Positions 17,705 through 26,891 of a DNA stretch of 32,757 nt are shown here, one piece after another. Position 1 is the first letter of the stretch, and each line of letters starts with the position of its first letter. Origin of the DNA: a virus (Duplodnaviria; Caudoviricetes); IMG/VR virus record IMGVR_UViG_3300020187_000119, positions 1 through 32,757 of that record. One strand, written 5' to 3'. The notes under the pieces were generated by a model. It was not told the origin of the DNA, ran no database searches, and was given only the letters and a program-made list of their open reading frames with translations. A program made the translations under genes and the position numbers.

Positions 17705-17956
17705 ATGAGCATTAAAAAGTTATCAGAAAAAGAGTTACAAACACTTCAAGATTACCAAACTAGAAATAATGAAATAGTAGGTGGGTTAGGTGCAACAGAA
17801 TTAAGAATAGATGCCTTAAAAAAACAAAAGAAAGCATTATTAGAAGAATTTGATAAATTACAACAAGATCAAGTAAGTACTGGTAACCAACTACAAGAAA
17901 AATATGGTGAAGGTAATATAGATCTAGAAAAAGGAGAATTTACTCCAATAAATTAA
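17705..17956 (+). CDS. Small coiled-coil hypothetical protein
   Basis: 83 aa with heptad pattern and C-terminal KYGEGNIDLEKGEF. Has its own late motif. Confidence 0.8.
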   Translation: MSIKKLSEKELQTLQDYQTRNNEIVGGLGATELRIDALKKQKKALLEEFDKLQQDQVSTGNQLQEKYGEGNIDLEKGEFTPIN

Positions 17957-17975
17957 TATTTCGAAACATTTTCTA

Positions 17976-17985
17976 ATATTTATAA
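17976..17985 (+). promoter_or_regulatory. Putative late promoter ATATTTATAA
   Basis: Exact motif upstream of the sheath gene. Confidence 0.7.
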
Positions 17986-18013
17986 TAAAACAATACTAAT
18001 AAATTAATAAACA

Positions 18014-20068
18014 ATGGCAGAGCAAACTCTTTTATCTCCAGGTGTCTTAGCAAGGGAAAACGACCAATCTTTTATTGGTGCTAGACCTGTAACTTATGGT
18101 GCAGCTATTATTGGACCCGCTACTAAAGGACCAGTTGGAATACCAACTGCAGTTTCTACTTTTTCTCAATATGAAGCAATATTTGGAAGTACAGTAGAAA
18201 GTGGATCTCAATTTTATACTTACTTAAATTCTATATCCGCAAGAAATTATTTTGCCCAAGGTGGTGAATCATTATTAATGACTCGTGTAGTTTCTGGAAG
18301 CTTCGATGGCGCTTCTTCTTCTATCCCTAGTTCAATAACTGAAGGTAGATTAGTAACAGGAGTTGATGCATTATTATCATCAATTAATCTATCCCCAGTA
18401 ATAAACATAACAGGTTCTACAGGTGGGGTAGTAAATAACGTACCAGTAGCAGGTGGATTAGGTAACTCAGCAATAGCATCAATTGAGATAGCAGCACAAG
18501 ATATAGATGCAACAGTATCAACAATCTCTTCCATTACTATAACAACAGAAGGTATTGCTTATGAAGTAGGTGATGTTATTAACTTCACTTCGGAATCTTT
18601 AGGTGCTACAAAACCAGATGGTGAAGACTTAACAATTACATTAACAGATTCAGATATACAAAATACTGGTTCATTTACTATTAAAACTATTTCTGAGGGT
18701 GTTAATATGAACAATTCTCAAGTAGTAGATGGAGCAAATGGAACTTTAACCAATGGTACAAAGGATAACATTAGATGGGAAGTAGCTTCAGTAAATACAG
18801 CTTCGGGACAATTTTCATTATTAGTTAGAAGAGGAAATGATACTGCAACATCAAAAACAGTATTAGAAACATATAACAACTTATCATTAGACCCAACTGC
18901 TCCAAATTATATTTCGAATGTAATTGGAGATACTTATTATGAAGTAGCACAAGATGGAACTGATTACTATGTTAAAACATTAGGTAATTACCCACAAAGA
19001 AGTGCTTACATATATGTAGAAAATGTTAATAAACCAACACCTCAATATTTCGATAATAATGGTCAAGCAAAAAGTGAATTTACATCTAGCTTACCTAACA
19101 TATCAGTAAATGGAGGTTCAGGATCATTTTCTGGAGCTACTGGAGATCAAGTTACTGCAACAAACTCACCAGTTAAATTTAATGAAAATATAACAACAGG
19201 TAATATACAAGGTTTAATAATGGATAATTATACACAATCCATTAACTTACTAAGTAATTCTGATGATTATCAATTCAATGTAATCACAGCACCTGGTTTA
19301 AACTCACAACAACATTCAAATACTGTTACAAGGTTAGTATCATTAGCACAAGGTAGAACAGATTGTTTAGCAGTAATCGATGTAGCAGCGTATAACTCGC
19401 AAATCAACGCAGTTACAACAGAAGCAACAAAATATGATAGCTCATATGCAGCCGCTTATTGGCCGTGGTTACAAACGGTAGATGCCGGAACCGGACAAAC
19501 AGTTTGGGCACCAGCTTCAACATATATTCCTGCAGTTTATGCATTTACAGATGCTTCATCAGACCCATGGTTCGCACCAGCAGGTCTAATTAGAGGAGCT
19601 TTAGGAAGTGTAGTAAGAGCAGAAAGAAAATTAACATCTGGAAATAGAGATACATTATATGAAGCAAATGTAAATCCAATTGCAACATTCCCAGGAAGTG
19701 GAGTTGTAGTATTTGGACAGAAAACTTTACAGAAAAGAGCAAGTGCTTTAGATAGAGTAAATGTACGTAGATTGTTAATTGCTCTTAAAGGATATATTTC
19801 TCAAGTATCAGATAACTTAGTATTTGAACAAAATACAAATGCAACAAGAAATAACTTCTTAGCAAATGTAAACCCATACTTAGAATCAGTACAACAAAGA
19901 CAAGGATTGTATGCCTTTAAAGTAGTAATGGATGCTACAAACAATACACCAGACGTTATAGATAGAAATGAGCTAGTAGGCCAAATTTATTTACAACCAA
20001 CTAAAACAGCTGAATTTGTAATTTTAGATTTCAATGTTTTACCAACTGGAGCAACATTTCCTGAATAA
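18014..20068 (+). CDS. Contractile tail sheath protein (T4 gp18-like)
   Basis: SPGVLAREND, YAAAYWPW, PWFAPAGLIRG, VNPI, GQKTL, DRVNVRRLL, FEQN and PTKTAEFVILDF. Confidence 0.97.
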   Translation: MAEQTLLSPGVLARENDQSFIGARPVTYGAAIIGPATKGPVGIPTAVSTFSQYEAIFGSTVESGSQFYTYLNSISARNYFAQGGESLLMTRVVSGSFDGASSSIPSSITEGRLVTGVDALLSSINLSPVINITGSTGGVVNNVPVAGGLGNSAIASIEIAAQDIDATVSTISSITITTEGIAYEVGDVINFTSESLGATKPDGEDLTITLTDSDIQNTGSFTIKTISEGVNMNNSQVVDGANGTLTNGTKDNIRWEVASVNTASGQFSLLVRRGNDTATSKTVLETYNNLSLDPTAPNYISNVIGDTYYEVAQDGTDYYVKTLGNYPQRSAYIYVENVNKPTPQYFDNNGQAKSEFTSSLPNISVNGGSGSFSGATGDQVTATNSPVKFNENITTGNIQGLIMDNYTQSINLLSNSDDYQFNVITAPGLNSQQHSNTVTRLVSLAQGRTDCLAVIDVAAYNSQINAVTTEATKYDSSYAAAYWPWLQTVDAGTGQTVWAPASTYIPAVYAFTDASSDPWFAPAGLIRGALGSVVRAERKLTSGNRDTLYEANVNPIATFPGSGVVVFGQKTLQKRASALDRVNVRRLLIALKGYISQVSDNLVFEQNTNATRNNFLANVNPYLESVQQRQGLYAFKVVMDATNNTPDVIDRNELVGQIYLQPTKTAEFVILDFNVLPTGATFPE

Positions 20069-20083
20069 AAACAATAATTTAGA

Positions 20084-20093
20084 ATATTTATAA
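20084..20093 (+). promoter_or_regulatory. Putative late promoter ATATTTATAA
   Basis: Exact motif 15 nt before the tube ATG. Confidence 0.7.
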
Positions 20094-20108
20094 TAAAAAT
20101 ATATAACA

Positions 20109-20597
20109 ATGGCAGTATTAGACCCGAACGAAATATTTTATACAGCATTTGAACCAAAACAACAAAATAGGTTTATACTGTATGTAGATGGAATCCCTTC
20201 ATACCAAATTAAAGGTATGGGAGCTGTTTCATTAACCCAAGGTTCAGTTCAATTGAATCACATTAACGTTGCAAGATACGTTAAAGGTAAAACACTTTGG
20301 AACACAATTCAAATGACATTATTTGATCCAATTACTCCAAGTGGGGCACAAGCTGTAATGGAATGGGTTAGATTACACCATGAATCAGTAACAGGTAGAG
20401 ATGGATATAGTGATTTCTATAAGAAAGATTTAACTATGAACGTATTAGGACCTGTAGGTGATATCGTTTCAGAATGGATTATTAAAGGTGCTATGATTAC
20501 AGAGGCTACCTTTGGGGATTATAATTGGGATAATGAAAGTGCTGCTGTAGAATTACAAATTACAGTACAACCAGATTATTGTATACTAAATTTCTAA
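20109..20597 (+). CDS. Tail tube protein (T4 gp19-like)
   Basis: FEPKQQNRF, YVKGK..W, EW, YKKD and W.IKGA..T..FGDYNW. Directly follows the sheath. Confidence 0.92.
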   Translation: MAVLDPNEIFYTAFEPKQQNRFILYVDGIPSYQIKGMGAVSLTQGSVQLNHINVARYVKGKTLWNTIQMTLFDPITPSGAQAVMEWVRLHHESVTGRDGYSDFYKKDLTMNVLGPVGDIVSEWIIKGAMITEATFGDYNWDNESAAVELQITVQPDYCILNF

Positions 20598-20631
20598 AAG
20601 AAAAAAATTACTTTTCCTTTTTTCAAAAATT

Positions 20632-20655
20632 GCTTGGCTTCGGTCAAGCTTTTTT
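20632..20655 (+). terminator. Intrinsic terminator with C(UUCG)G tetraloop
   Basis: GCTTGGC / TTCG / GTCAAGC (one G-U pair) followed by T6. Confidence 0.85.
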
Positions 20656-20664
20656 GTATTTTAC

Positions 20665-20674
20665 ATATGTATAC
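20665..20674 (+). promoter_or_regulatory. Putative late promoter variant ATATGTATAC
   Basis: Two-mismatch variant placed right after a terminator, as at 11182 and 14177. Confidence 0.5.
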
Positions 20675-20708
20675 TAGAATAACAAAGTTTTAATTAAATA
20701 AAGATTAT

Positions 20709-21440
20709 ATGAGTGAATTTAAATTCCCAACCGAAGAAATAGAATTACCGTCAAAAGGTTTAATCTATTCTAAAGACAATCCCTTATCAAGTGGTAAAGT
20801 AGAAATCAAATACATGACAGCAAAGGAAGAAGATATTCTTTCTAACCAATCTTACATACAAAAAGGTGTAGTATTAGAAAAATTACTAAAGTCTGTAATT
20901 ATAAATAAGGATATTAATACCGATGATTTGATTGTTGGTGATAAAAATGCATTATTAATTGCTACCCGTATTCTAGGATATGGTAAAGACTATGAAATTT
21001 CAGTAAAAGGGACAAACTATGTTCTAGATATGTCCACTTTAGAAAATAAAGAATTTGATGAATCTAAACTTGAATCAGGTAAAAACGAATTTACTTTTAC
21101 AACCCCAGCTACTGGAACTGTTTTAACATACCAACTATCTACAGGTAAGGTAGAAAAACAAATAGATCGAGAATTAGCGGGTCTTAAAAAACTTAATAAA
21201 GAAGATTCTTCATCCCTTACTACAAGATTAAAATACTTAATCACATCAGTAGATGGTAGTGAAGAAAAGAAAGATATTAGAGGATTTATAGATAATATGT
21301 TTTTAGCTAGAGATTCTAGAGCATTTAGAGACCATATTGCAAAAACACAACCAGATGTAAATCTATCCTATATTTTGGATAATGGCGAGGAGGTGACCAT
21401 TCCAATTGGTCTAAACTTTTTTTGGCCTGACTACGACTAA
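20709..21440 (+). CDS. Tail/baseplate hub assembly chaperone (T4 gp26-like)
   Basis: ELPSKG, MTAKEEDIL, L.VGD..ALLIA.RI.GYG and C-terminal IPIGLNFFWP. Lies between tube and tape measure. Confidence 0.75.
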   Translation: MSEFKFPTEEIELPSKGLIYSKDNPLSSGKVEIKYMTAKEEDILSNQSYIQKGVVLEKLLKSVIINKDINTDDLIVGDKNALLIATRILGYGKDYEISVKGTNYVLDMSTLENKEFDESKLESGKNEFTFTTPATGTVLTYQLSTGKVEKQIDRELAGLKKLNKEDSSSLTTRLKYLITSVDGSEEKKDIRGFIDNMFLARDSRAFRDHIAKTQPDVNLSYILDNGEEVTIPIGLNFFWPDYD

Positions 21441-21471
21441 CGCCCCCGAGATACGTTTACATCTTTTTAAA

Positions 21472-21723
21472 ATGATCCACCAATTAATCTTTCATGGTAA
21501 AGGTGGATATGACTATAATACTGTATATAATATGCCTATATGGTTAAGGAAGTTTACTTATTCGGAAATAAAAGATTTTTATGCTGAAGAGAAAAAGTCA
21601 ATAGAAAATGCTCAAAGTGGGGGTAAAGGCACTAAAAACCTAGTCAATGCCGATGGTAAAGTTAACACCCCAGCATTTGCAGAAGCAAGTAAAACATATA
21701 AGGGTAAAACAAGTTATAAGTAA
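21472..21723 (+). CDS. Small baseplate/tail assembly protein (T4 gp51-like); possibly a frameshift extension of the previous gene
   Basis: YNMPIWLRKF motif. Its frame is open upstream to 21415, across a T7 run. Confidence 0.65.
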   Translation: MIHQLIFHGKGGYDYNTVYNMPIWLRKFTYSEIKDFYAEEKKSIENAQSGGKGTKNLVNADGKVNTPAFAEASKTYKGKTSYK

Positions 21724-21725
21724 TA

Positions 21726-21735
21726 ATATTTATAA
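21726..21735 (+). promoter_or_regulatory. Putative late promoter ATATTTATAA
   Basis: Exact motif 12 nt before the tape measure ATG. Confidence 0.7.
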
Positions 21736-21747
21736 TAAAATATTCCT

Positions 21748-24138
21748 ATGGCGGGTGAACAAGTAAATAATGCTAAAACTATGAAGCAGCTAATAGCGGA
21801 CCAAAACCGTTTATTAGCTGAGCAAAATAAAATAGCCAAAGACAGGCTAGCTACGGATAGGTCTATCACAGATGAACAACAAGATGTTTCAAATATTCTA
21901 AAAGACCAACTTACCCAGTTAAAATTCCAAAAAGCAGAAAAATCTGCCATACTCCGAGCAACAAATTCTATATCTAAAATATCAGAAAATCTTTCAGCTT
22001 TAGGAAAAGAAGATTTAACTAATGCTAGATCACTTAAAAAATTAGACGATAACAAACTAGCAGTATCTAAGAATATAAATTCACTAAAGCAAGTCCAATC
22101 AAAATTAATAAAGGAAGCAGCAGGTTTAGATTCAACTAGAGCAGAATTAAATTTAAATTTAGCAGATAGTATAGAGAGTCAAATTAATAGTGCTATTGCA
22201 CTTAAAGTTGAATTAGGGTTAGTAGACGATACAGTACAAAATATAGCAAATGCTAAAGGTGTATCTCTGTTTGGGGGTATAGAAAAAGTACTAGATAAAG
22301 TCCCACTACTTTCAGGTCTTGCTCCAATGTTTGGGGCTGCTGCTAAAGAAGCTGAAGGCATAGCATCTGATATGGAAAAGAGAAAGTTTGGTGCCGACAA
22401 ATATGCCAAACTTAGGAAAGAAGGAATGGGAATGAAAGATGCTCTTGAAGAATCTGGAGCTTCAGTTGAAGACATCCAAAAGAACATGAAAGGTGGCTTC
22501 TCTAAAAGTGCAATAGATAGTAAATCTATGGCGGCAGGTGCTAAAGGGATGTTTAAGAGTTTTATGAAGTCTTTAGGTCCTGTAGCTATGATTATAAAGC
22601 TAGTTTCGGCTATGATAGAAGGTGATAAAGCTGCTTCCGAGATGGCTAAAGGCCTTAATATGTCTTATGATAGTGCCTTAGCAATGAGGGGCCAATTAAG
22701 GGAGGCTGCAGTAGATAGCAACAACGTATTTGTTAGTACTAAGGGAATGTCAGAATCCATGATGGAAATGAACAAAGCCCTAGGTACTAGTGTAACCCCT
22801 AGTAAGGAAATGCTTGTTCAATTTACTGAAATGAGGGATATGGCAGGGTTTACTAATGAAGAATTATTAGGTATAAAAGCAATATCAGATTCTACCGGTA
22901 AATCACTTAATGAGGTCACAGGTGAATATATGGCCCAGGCTAAAATTTCATCAACGGCTTTAGGAGTAAGATTAAATGAAAAAGATTTATTAAAAGATAT
23001 AGGCAAAGTATCAGCAGCAACAACATTATCTTTGGGTAAAAACCCTGGATTAATAGCTGATGCGGTAGCAACTGCAAAATCTTTAGGTATGGAAATGTCT
23101 AAAGTAGATGATATAGCAGGTAGTTTACTTGATTTTGAACAATCTATCGAAAACGAGTTACAAGCCGAAGTATTGTTAGGTAAGGATATTAACTTAGAAA
23201 AGGCAAGACAGGCAGCTTTAAATAATGATTTAGCAACAGTAGCAAAAGAAATATCAGAACAAGCAGGTTCAGCAGCTGAATTTACGGCTATGAATAGAAT
23301 ACAGCAAGAAGCATTAGCTAAAGCTGTGGGTATGGGTAGAGAAGATTTAGCAAAAACCTTATTTGTTCAAGAACAATTAGCGGGGGCAACTGGAGACCAA
23401 GCAGCTGAAACCGAAGCATTATTAAATAAAAGAATAGAAGCAGTTGGTTTAGAACAGGCACAAAAAGAACTAGCAGAAGAAGGAATTGAAGGTCTAAGAC
23501 AACAAGTGGGGCAAGCAGATAAAATGGCGGCTTCAACTGAAAGGATAAATGAAATTTTTGGAATGATAGGTGAATCTATGATGCCGGTGTTTGAAATGTT
23601 AGGGGGTATGTTAGAAATAGTTGGTTTACTGATATCACCTTTCCAAATGCTTATGGACTTTACTGGGAAAATCGGTGAAGGGATAAGTAATATGATCGGC
23701 CCCTTAGGTATGGTTGGAAAAGCATTGAAAGCAGTTGTTGGGTTAGCTATTATATATGCTGCTTATGCAACTTTTGCTGCAGTATCTACCGCTTTAGCAG
23801 CAACAGTTATAGGAGGTTTAGCAGCCCCTATTGTGGGGGGTATAGCAGCCGCAGTAGTATTAGCAGCAGGTTTTGGTGCTTTAAGTAAAGTAGGAGATGT
23901 TAACTCACCAGCAGATGGTAAAACACAAGTATCTACAAAAGAAGGAGGGTTATTTGAGCTATCTAAAAATGATGATTTTGTTGCATTCCCTGGAGCTTCC
24001 AACATGGCGAATAATAGTGGGGGGTCAACAACAGTAGTAGAAAGTAAAACAGACATGAATGCTACTAATTCGCTATTAGCACAACTTATTAAAAAAACAC
24101 CAGATATGGCTCCAATGGGGTTATACGAAATACAATAG
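21748..24138 (+). CDS. Tail tape measure protein
   Basis: 796 aa, Ala/Gly/Met-rich and helical, with hydrophobic TM-like segments near the C-terminus. Follows the chaperone genes. Confidence 0.85.
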   Translation: MAGEQVNNAKTMKQLIADQNRLLAEQNKIAKDRLATDRSITDEQQDVSNILKDQLTQLKFQKAEKSAILRATNSISKISENLSALGKEDLTNARSLKKLDDNKLAVSKNINSLKQVQSKLIKEAAGLDSTRAELNLNLADSIESQINSAIALKVELGLVDDTVQNIANAKGVSLFGGIEKVLDKVPLLSGLAPMFGAAAKEAEGIASDMEKRKFGADKYAKLRKEGMGMKDALEESGASVEDIQKNMKGGFSKSAIDSKSMAAGAKGMFKSFMKSLGPVAMIIKLVSAMIEGDKAASEMAKGLNMSYDSALAMRGQLREAAVDSNNVFVSTKGMSESMMEMNKALGTSVTPSKEMLVQFTEMRDMAGFTNEELLGIKAISDSTGKSLNEVTGEYMAQAKISSTALGVRLNEKDLLKDIGKVSAATTLSLGKNPGLIADAVATAKSLGMEMSKVDDIAGSLLDFEQSIENELQAEVLLGKDINLEKARQAALNNDLATVAKEISEQAGSAAEFTAMNRIQQEALAKAVGMGREDLAKTLFVQEQLAGATGDQAAETEALLNKRIEAVGLEQAQKELAEEGIEGLRQQVGQADKMAASTERINEIFGMIGESMMPVFEMLGGMLEIVGLLISPFQMLMDFTGKIGEGISNMIGPLGMVGKALKAVVGLAIIYAAYATFAAVSTALAATVIGGLAAPIVGGIAAAVVLAAGFGALSKVGDVNSPADGKTQVSTKEGGLFELSKNDDFVAFPGASNMANNSGGSTTVVESKTDMNATNSLLAQLIKKTPDMAPMGLYEIQ

Positions 24139-24142
24139 TCTA

Positions 24143-24152
24143 ATATTTATAA
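24143..24152 (+). promoter_or_regulatory. Putative late promoter ATATTTATAA
   Basis: Exact motif 13 nt before ATG 24166. Confidence 0.7.
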
Positions 24153-24165
24153 TAAAACAACAATT

Positions 24166-24393
24166 ATGAGTTTATTAAACAAATTAACATCAGGTCAAGC
24201 TAGTGCCACAAGTTTAAATGGTCAAACACCTAATACACCAAATTTCCAACAGTCTACTCTACATTATGATTATTCAACCATTGGAAAACCAAACGCTTCT
24301 CAAGTAGAGCCTAATAATGGTGTTTTACCTCAACCTTCAACATTGGAAGGACCAGTAGCACCTACAAGATATTTAGATAATCTACCTGGATAA
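24166..24393 (+). CDS. Small Pro/Asn/Gln-rich hypothetical virion protein
   Basis: 75-aa ORF downstream of a late motif, ending YLDNLPG. Confidence 0.75.
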   Translation: MSLLNKLTSGQASATSLNGQTPNTPNFQQSTLHYDYSTIGKPNASQVEPNNGVLPQPSTLEGPVAPTRYLDNLPG

Positions 24394-24403
24394 TCTATAA
24401 AAT

Positions 24404-26560
24404 ATGGCGTTAGTTAATATGACAACCAACCTTAAATCTTTAAGGTATGGTAAGGACACAGTAGGAGGTGGAAATAGTAACCAACCTTATGTAACTAGTA
24501 AAATCCCCGATAGTTTTTCTGATTTAGGAAAAACAGGAGGACCCGATTTTCTAATACGTGGGGGTTCGCTATTACCTAAAATTATAGCTAACGATACTAA
24601 ACGAATATCTAAGTTATTTTATAACGGGGATAACACAAATGATCAACCAATTAACATAACAGGTACATTATTTTTTGCAAAACAAAATATATTATCATTA
24701 ACTAACGTTAACTCAGAAGTAGGGTATGAAAAGTATGTAGAAGATAGGGGTATAACAGTAAGCAATGGTCCTACGTCACTTATAGGTAAAATAGGAGATT
24801 TTATAAAAAGTAATATAGGTTTAAACCAAGGAATATATTCTCCTTTAGGTACTATAGGACAGTCCGCCGCAGGTGTCTTTGGAGGTCATTTAAATAAACA
24901 AGGATTAAACCCTTTTAAAAAAACAACTAAAGGATCCCCAGATGGTAATTCACTTTTTGGTTTACCAACTTATTTAAATACAATAGCTACGGGTGGGGTT
25001 GAAGGTAACAAAAGTAGATTAGAACCACTTTTATTAAAAATTACAAACAAACAAACAGATAATGTGTTGTTTGAATATGGAGGAGGACCAGGATCAATAT
25101 TAGGAATAGGAAAGACAAAAATCAGAGTACCTTTAGATCAAAGAACGGGTATTAATAATCAATTTAATACTCAACTAGAATTTAAACAACAATTTAAGAA
25201 TAATCTTAAAATAATTAATTCTGGTAATATTAACGCATTTGGCACAAATATAGCAACGGGTGAAATAGATTATATTCCTAGTGTTTATACACCAGGTTTA
25301 GATAAAGCTAAGGATATAGATGATATTCAAAGAGCTTATGGAGCTACTACTAAATGGGTATCATCCCTAAGTAAATCTTCTCAATTTGTATATTTAAATA
25401 CTTTATTTAACCCTAATGACGTTATAAGTCCCTTAACACTTTCTAGAAGTGTATATAAATCGGGGACCTTAGAAACAGATCTTAATAAATTAAGAAGTGG
25501 TGTTTCTGAAATAATACCAAGACAAGTATTTACTCAAGCCGAATTAGAAGAATATATCCCAACAAGTAAAGATGGGAAATTTTATAAACCATCATTTACT
25601 AAAATTATAGCACCAGATGGGTCAGAACAAATTCCTGATACATTAGATTATACTCAAAAGAATATAGAACAAAGAGTTAATTTAGGTGACCCCGGAAGAA
25701 GAGGTAATTTAAAAAGTTACACAATTGGAAAAAGAGGTGCACTTAATAACCAACCTGACTCTGTAGAAGGAAATTCAGGCTATATGAAAGCCCTAGATAA
25801 AATCACAGCTTTACCTCTTTACCAATCAACTTCTGTAACTACTAACAATGTAAAAAACGACTTAGTAAAGTTTAGAATTGGGGTAATAGACAACGAAAAC
25901 CCTGAATTAAAAACTTATATTCATTTTAGAGCTTTTATAGACTCAATGTCTGACAATTATTCAGCAGAGTGGAAATCACAAAAATATATGGGTAGGGCTG
26001 AAAATTTCTATAAGTATGGAGGGTTTGATAGAAACGTAAGTATGGCTTGGACGGTAGCAGCTCAATCAAAACAAGAGTTAATACCCATGTACCAGAAATT
26101 AAATTATTTAGCCTCAGTTTGTGCTCCTGATTATTCAAAATTCGGGTATATGAGAGGAAATTTAATTACATTGACAGTAGGAGGGTATTTTCAAGAACAA
26201 GTTGGGATTATGACGGGGTTAAATATTGATATCCCACAAGAATCTCCATGGGAAGTATCAATACCAGATAATGGGAATATTAAATATGTAAATAGGGGAC
26301 AAGAAAAGAAAGAAATATTTACAGATCCTTCAGTTAAAGAAATGCCTATGATGGTAAAAGTTTCAGGATTTAACTTTATACCTATACATGACTTTGTACC
26401 TCAATTACAACAAAATACATTTGCTAATGGTAAAGCATTAGAGGGAGGTGGTAAATTCCTTGACAAATACGGACCAGAGCATTATATTAACCTAGCAGCG
26501 GCATCAGGAAATAATTATGATGGACAAGGAGATAACATTAATTATATTCCTAAAAAATAA
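24404..26560 (+). CDS. Putative baseplate / tail-tube initiator protein (gp48/gp54-like C-terminal domain)
   Basis: C-terminal FRAFIDSMSDNYSAEW...YMGRAENFYKY.GFDRNV...LTVG...PWE pattern resembles a tube-like fold. Lies after the tape measure. Confidence 0.6.
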   Translation: MALVNMTTNLKSLRYGKDTVGGGNSNQPYVTSKIPDSFSDLGKTGGPDFLIRGGSLLPKIIANDTKRISKLFYNGDNTNDQPINITGTLFFAKQNILSLTNVNSEVGYEKYVEDRGITVSNGPTSLIGKIGDFIKSNIGLNQGIYSPLGTIGQSAAGVFGGHLNKQGLNPFKKTTKGSPDGNSLFGLPTYLNTIATGGVEGNKSRLEPLLLKITNKQTDNVLFEYGGGPGSILGIGKTKIRVPLDQRTGINNQFNTQLEFKQQFKNNLKIINSGNINAFGTNIATGEIDYIPSVYTPGLDKAKDIDDIQRAYGATTKWVSSLSKSSQFVYLNTLFNPNDVISPLTLSRSVYKSGTLETDLNKLRSGVSEIIPRQVFTQAELEEYIPTSKDGKFYKPSFTKIIAPDGSEQIPDTLDYTQKNIEQRVNLGDPGRRGNLKSYTIGKRGALNNQPDSVEGNSGYMKALDKITALPLYQSTSVTTNNVKNDLVKFRIGVIDNENPELKTYIHFRAFIDSMSDNYSAEWKSQKYMGRAENFYKYGGFDRNVSMAWTVAAQSKQELIPMYQKLNYLASVCAPDYSKFGYMRGNLITLTVGGYFQEQVGIMTGLNIDIPQESPWEVSIPDNGNIKYVNRGQEKKEIFTDPSVKEMPMMVKVSGFNFIPIHDFVPQLQQNTFANGKALEGGGKFLDKYGPEHYINLAAASGNNYDGQGDNINYIPKK

Positions 26561-26564
26561 ATAA

Positions 26565-26885
26565 ATGGGGAGATACACTAAAATAAAGATAATTAGCAGA
26601 GAAAACAAAAAAGGTTTGTCTGGTGTCCCTTTTTATAAAAATATTAAATATCCTTCAATCGCCCTACAACAAAGTGATGTGTATGTTTATACTGAAGAAG
26701 GAGATAGATTAGATATATTATCAAACCAATACTATGGTGACCCAACCTTATGGTGGATAATCTCTACAGCAAATGAATTTTTAAAACAAGATTCCTATTA
26801 CTTACCTTTAGGGGTTCAAATTAGAATCCCTATTAATATAGGTCAAATACAGGCGGATTATGATATTTTAAATCTAAGAAAATAA
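26565..26885 (+). CDS. LysM-like baseplate wedge protein (T4 gp53 / P2 gpX-like)
   Basis: GDRLDILSNQYYGDPTLWWIISTAN...G.QIRIP. Confidence 0.85.
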   Translation: MGRYTKIKIISRENKKGLSGVPFYKNIKYPSIALQQSDVYVYTEEGDRLDILSNQYYGDPTLWWIISTANEFLKQDSYYLPLGVQIRIPINIGQIQADYDILNLRK

Positions 26886-26891
26886 AAGGTT

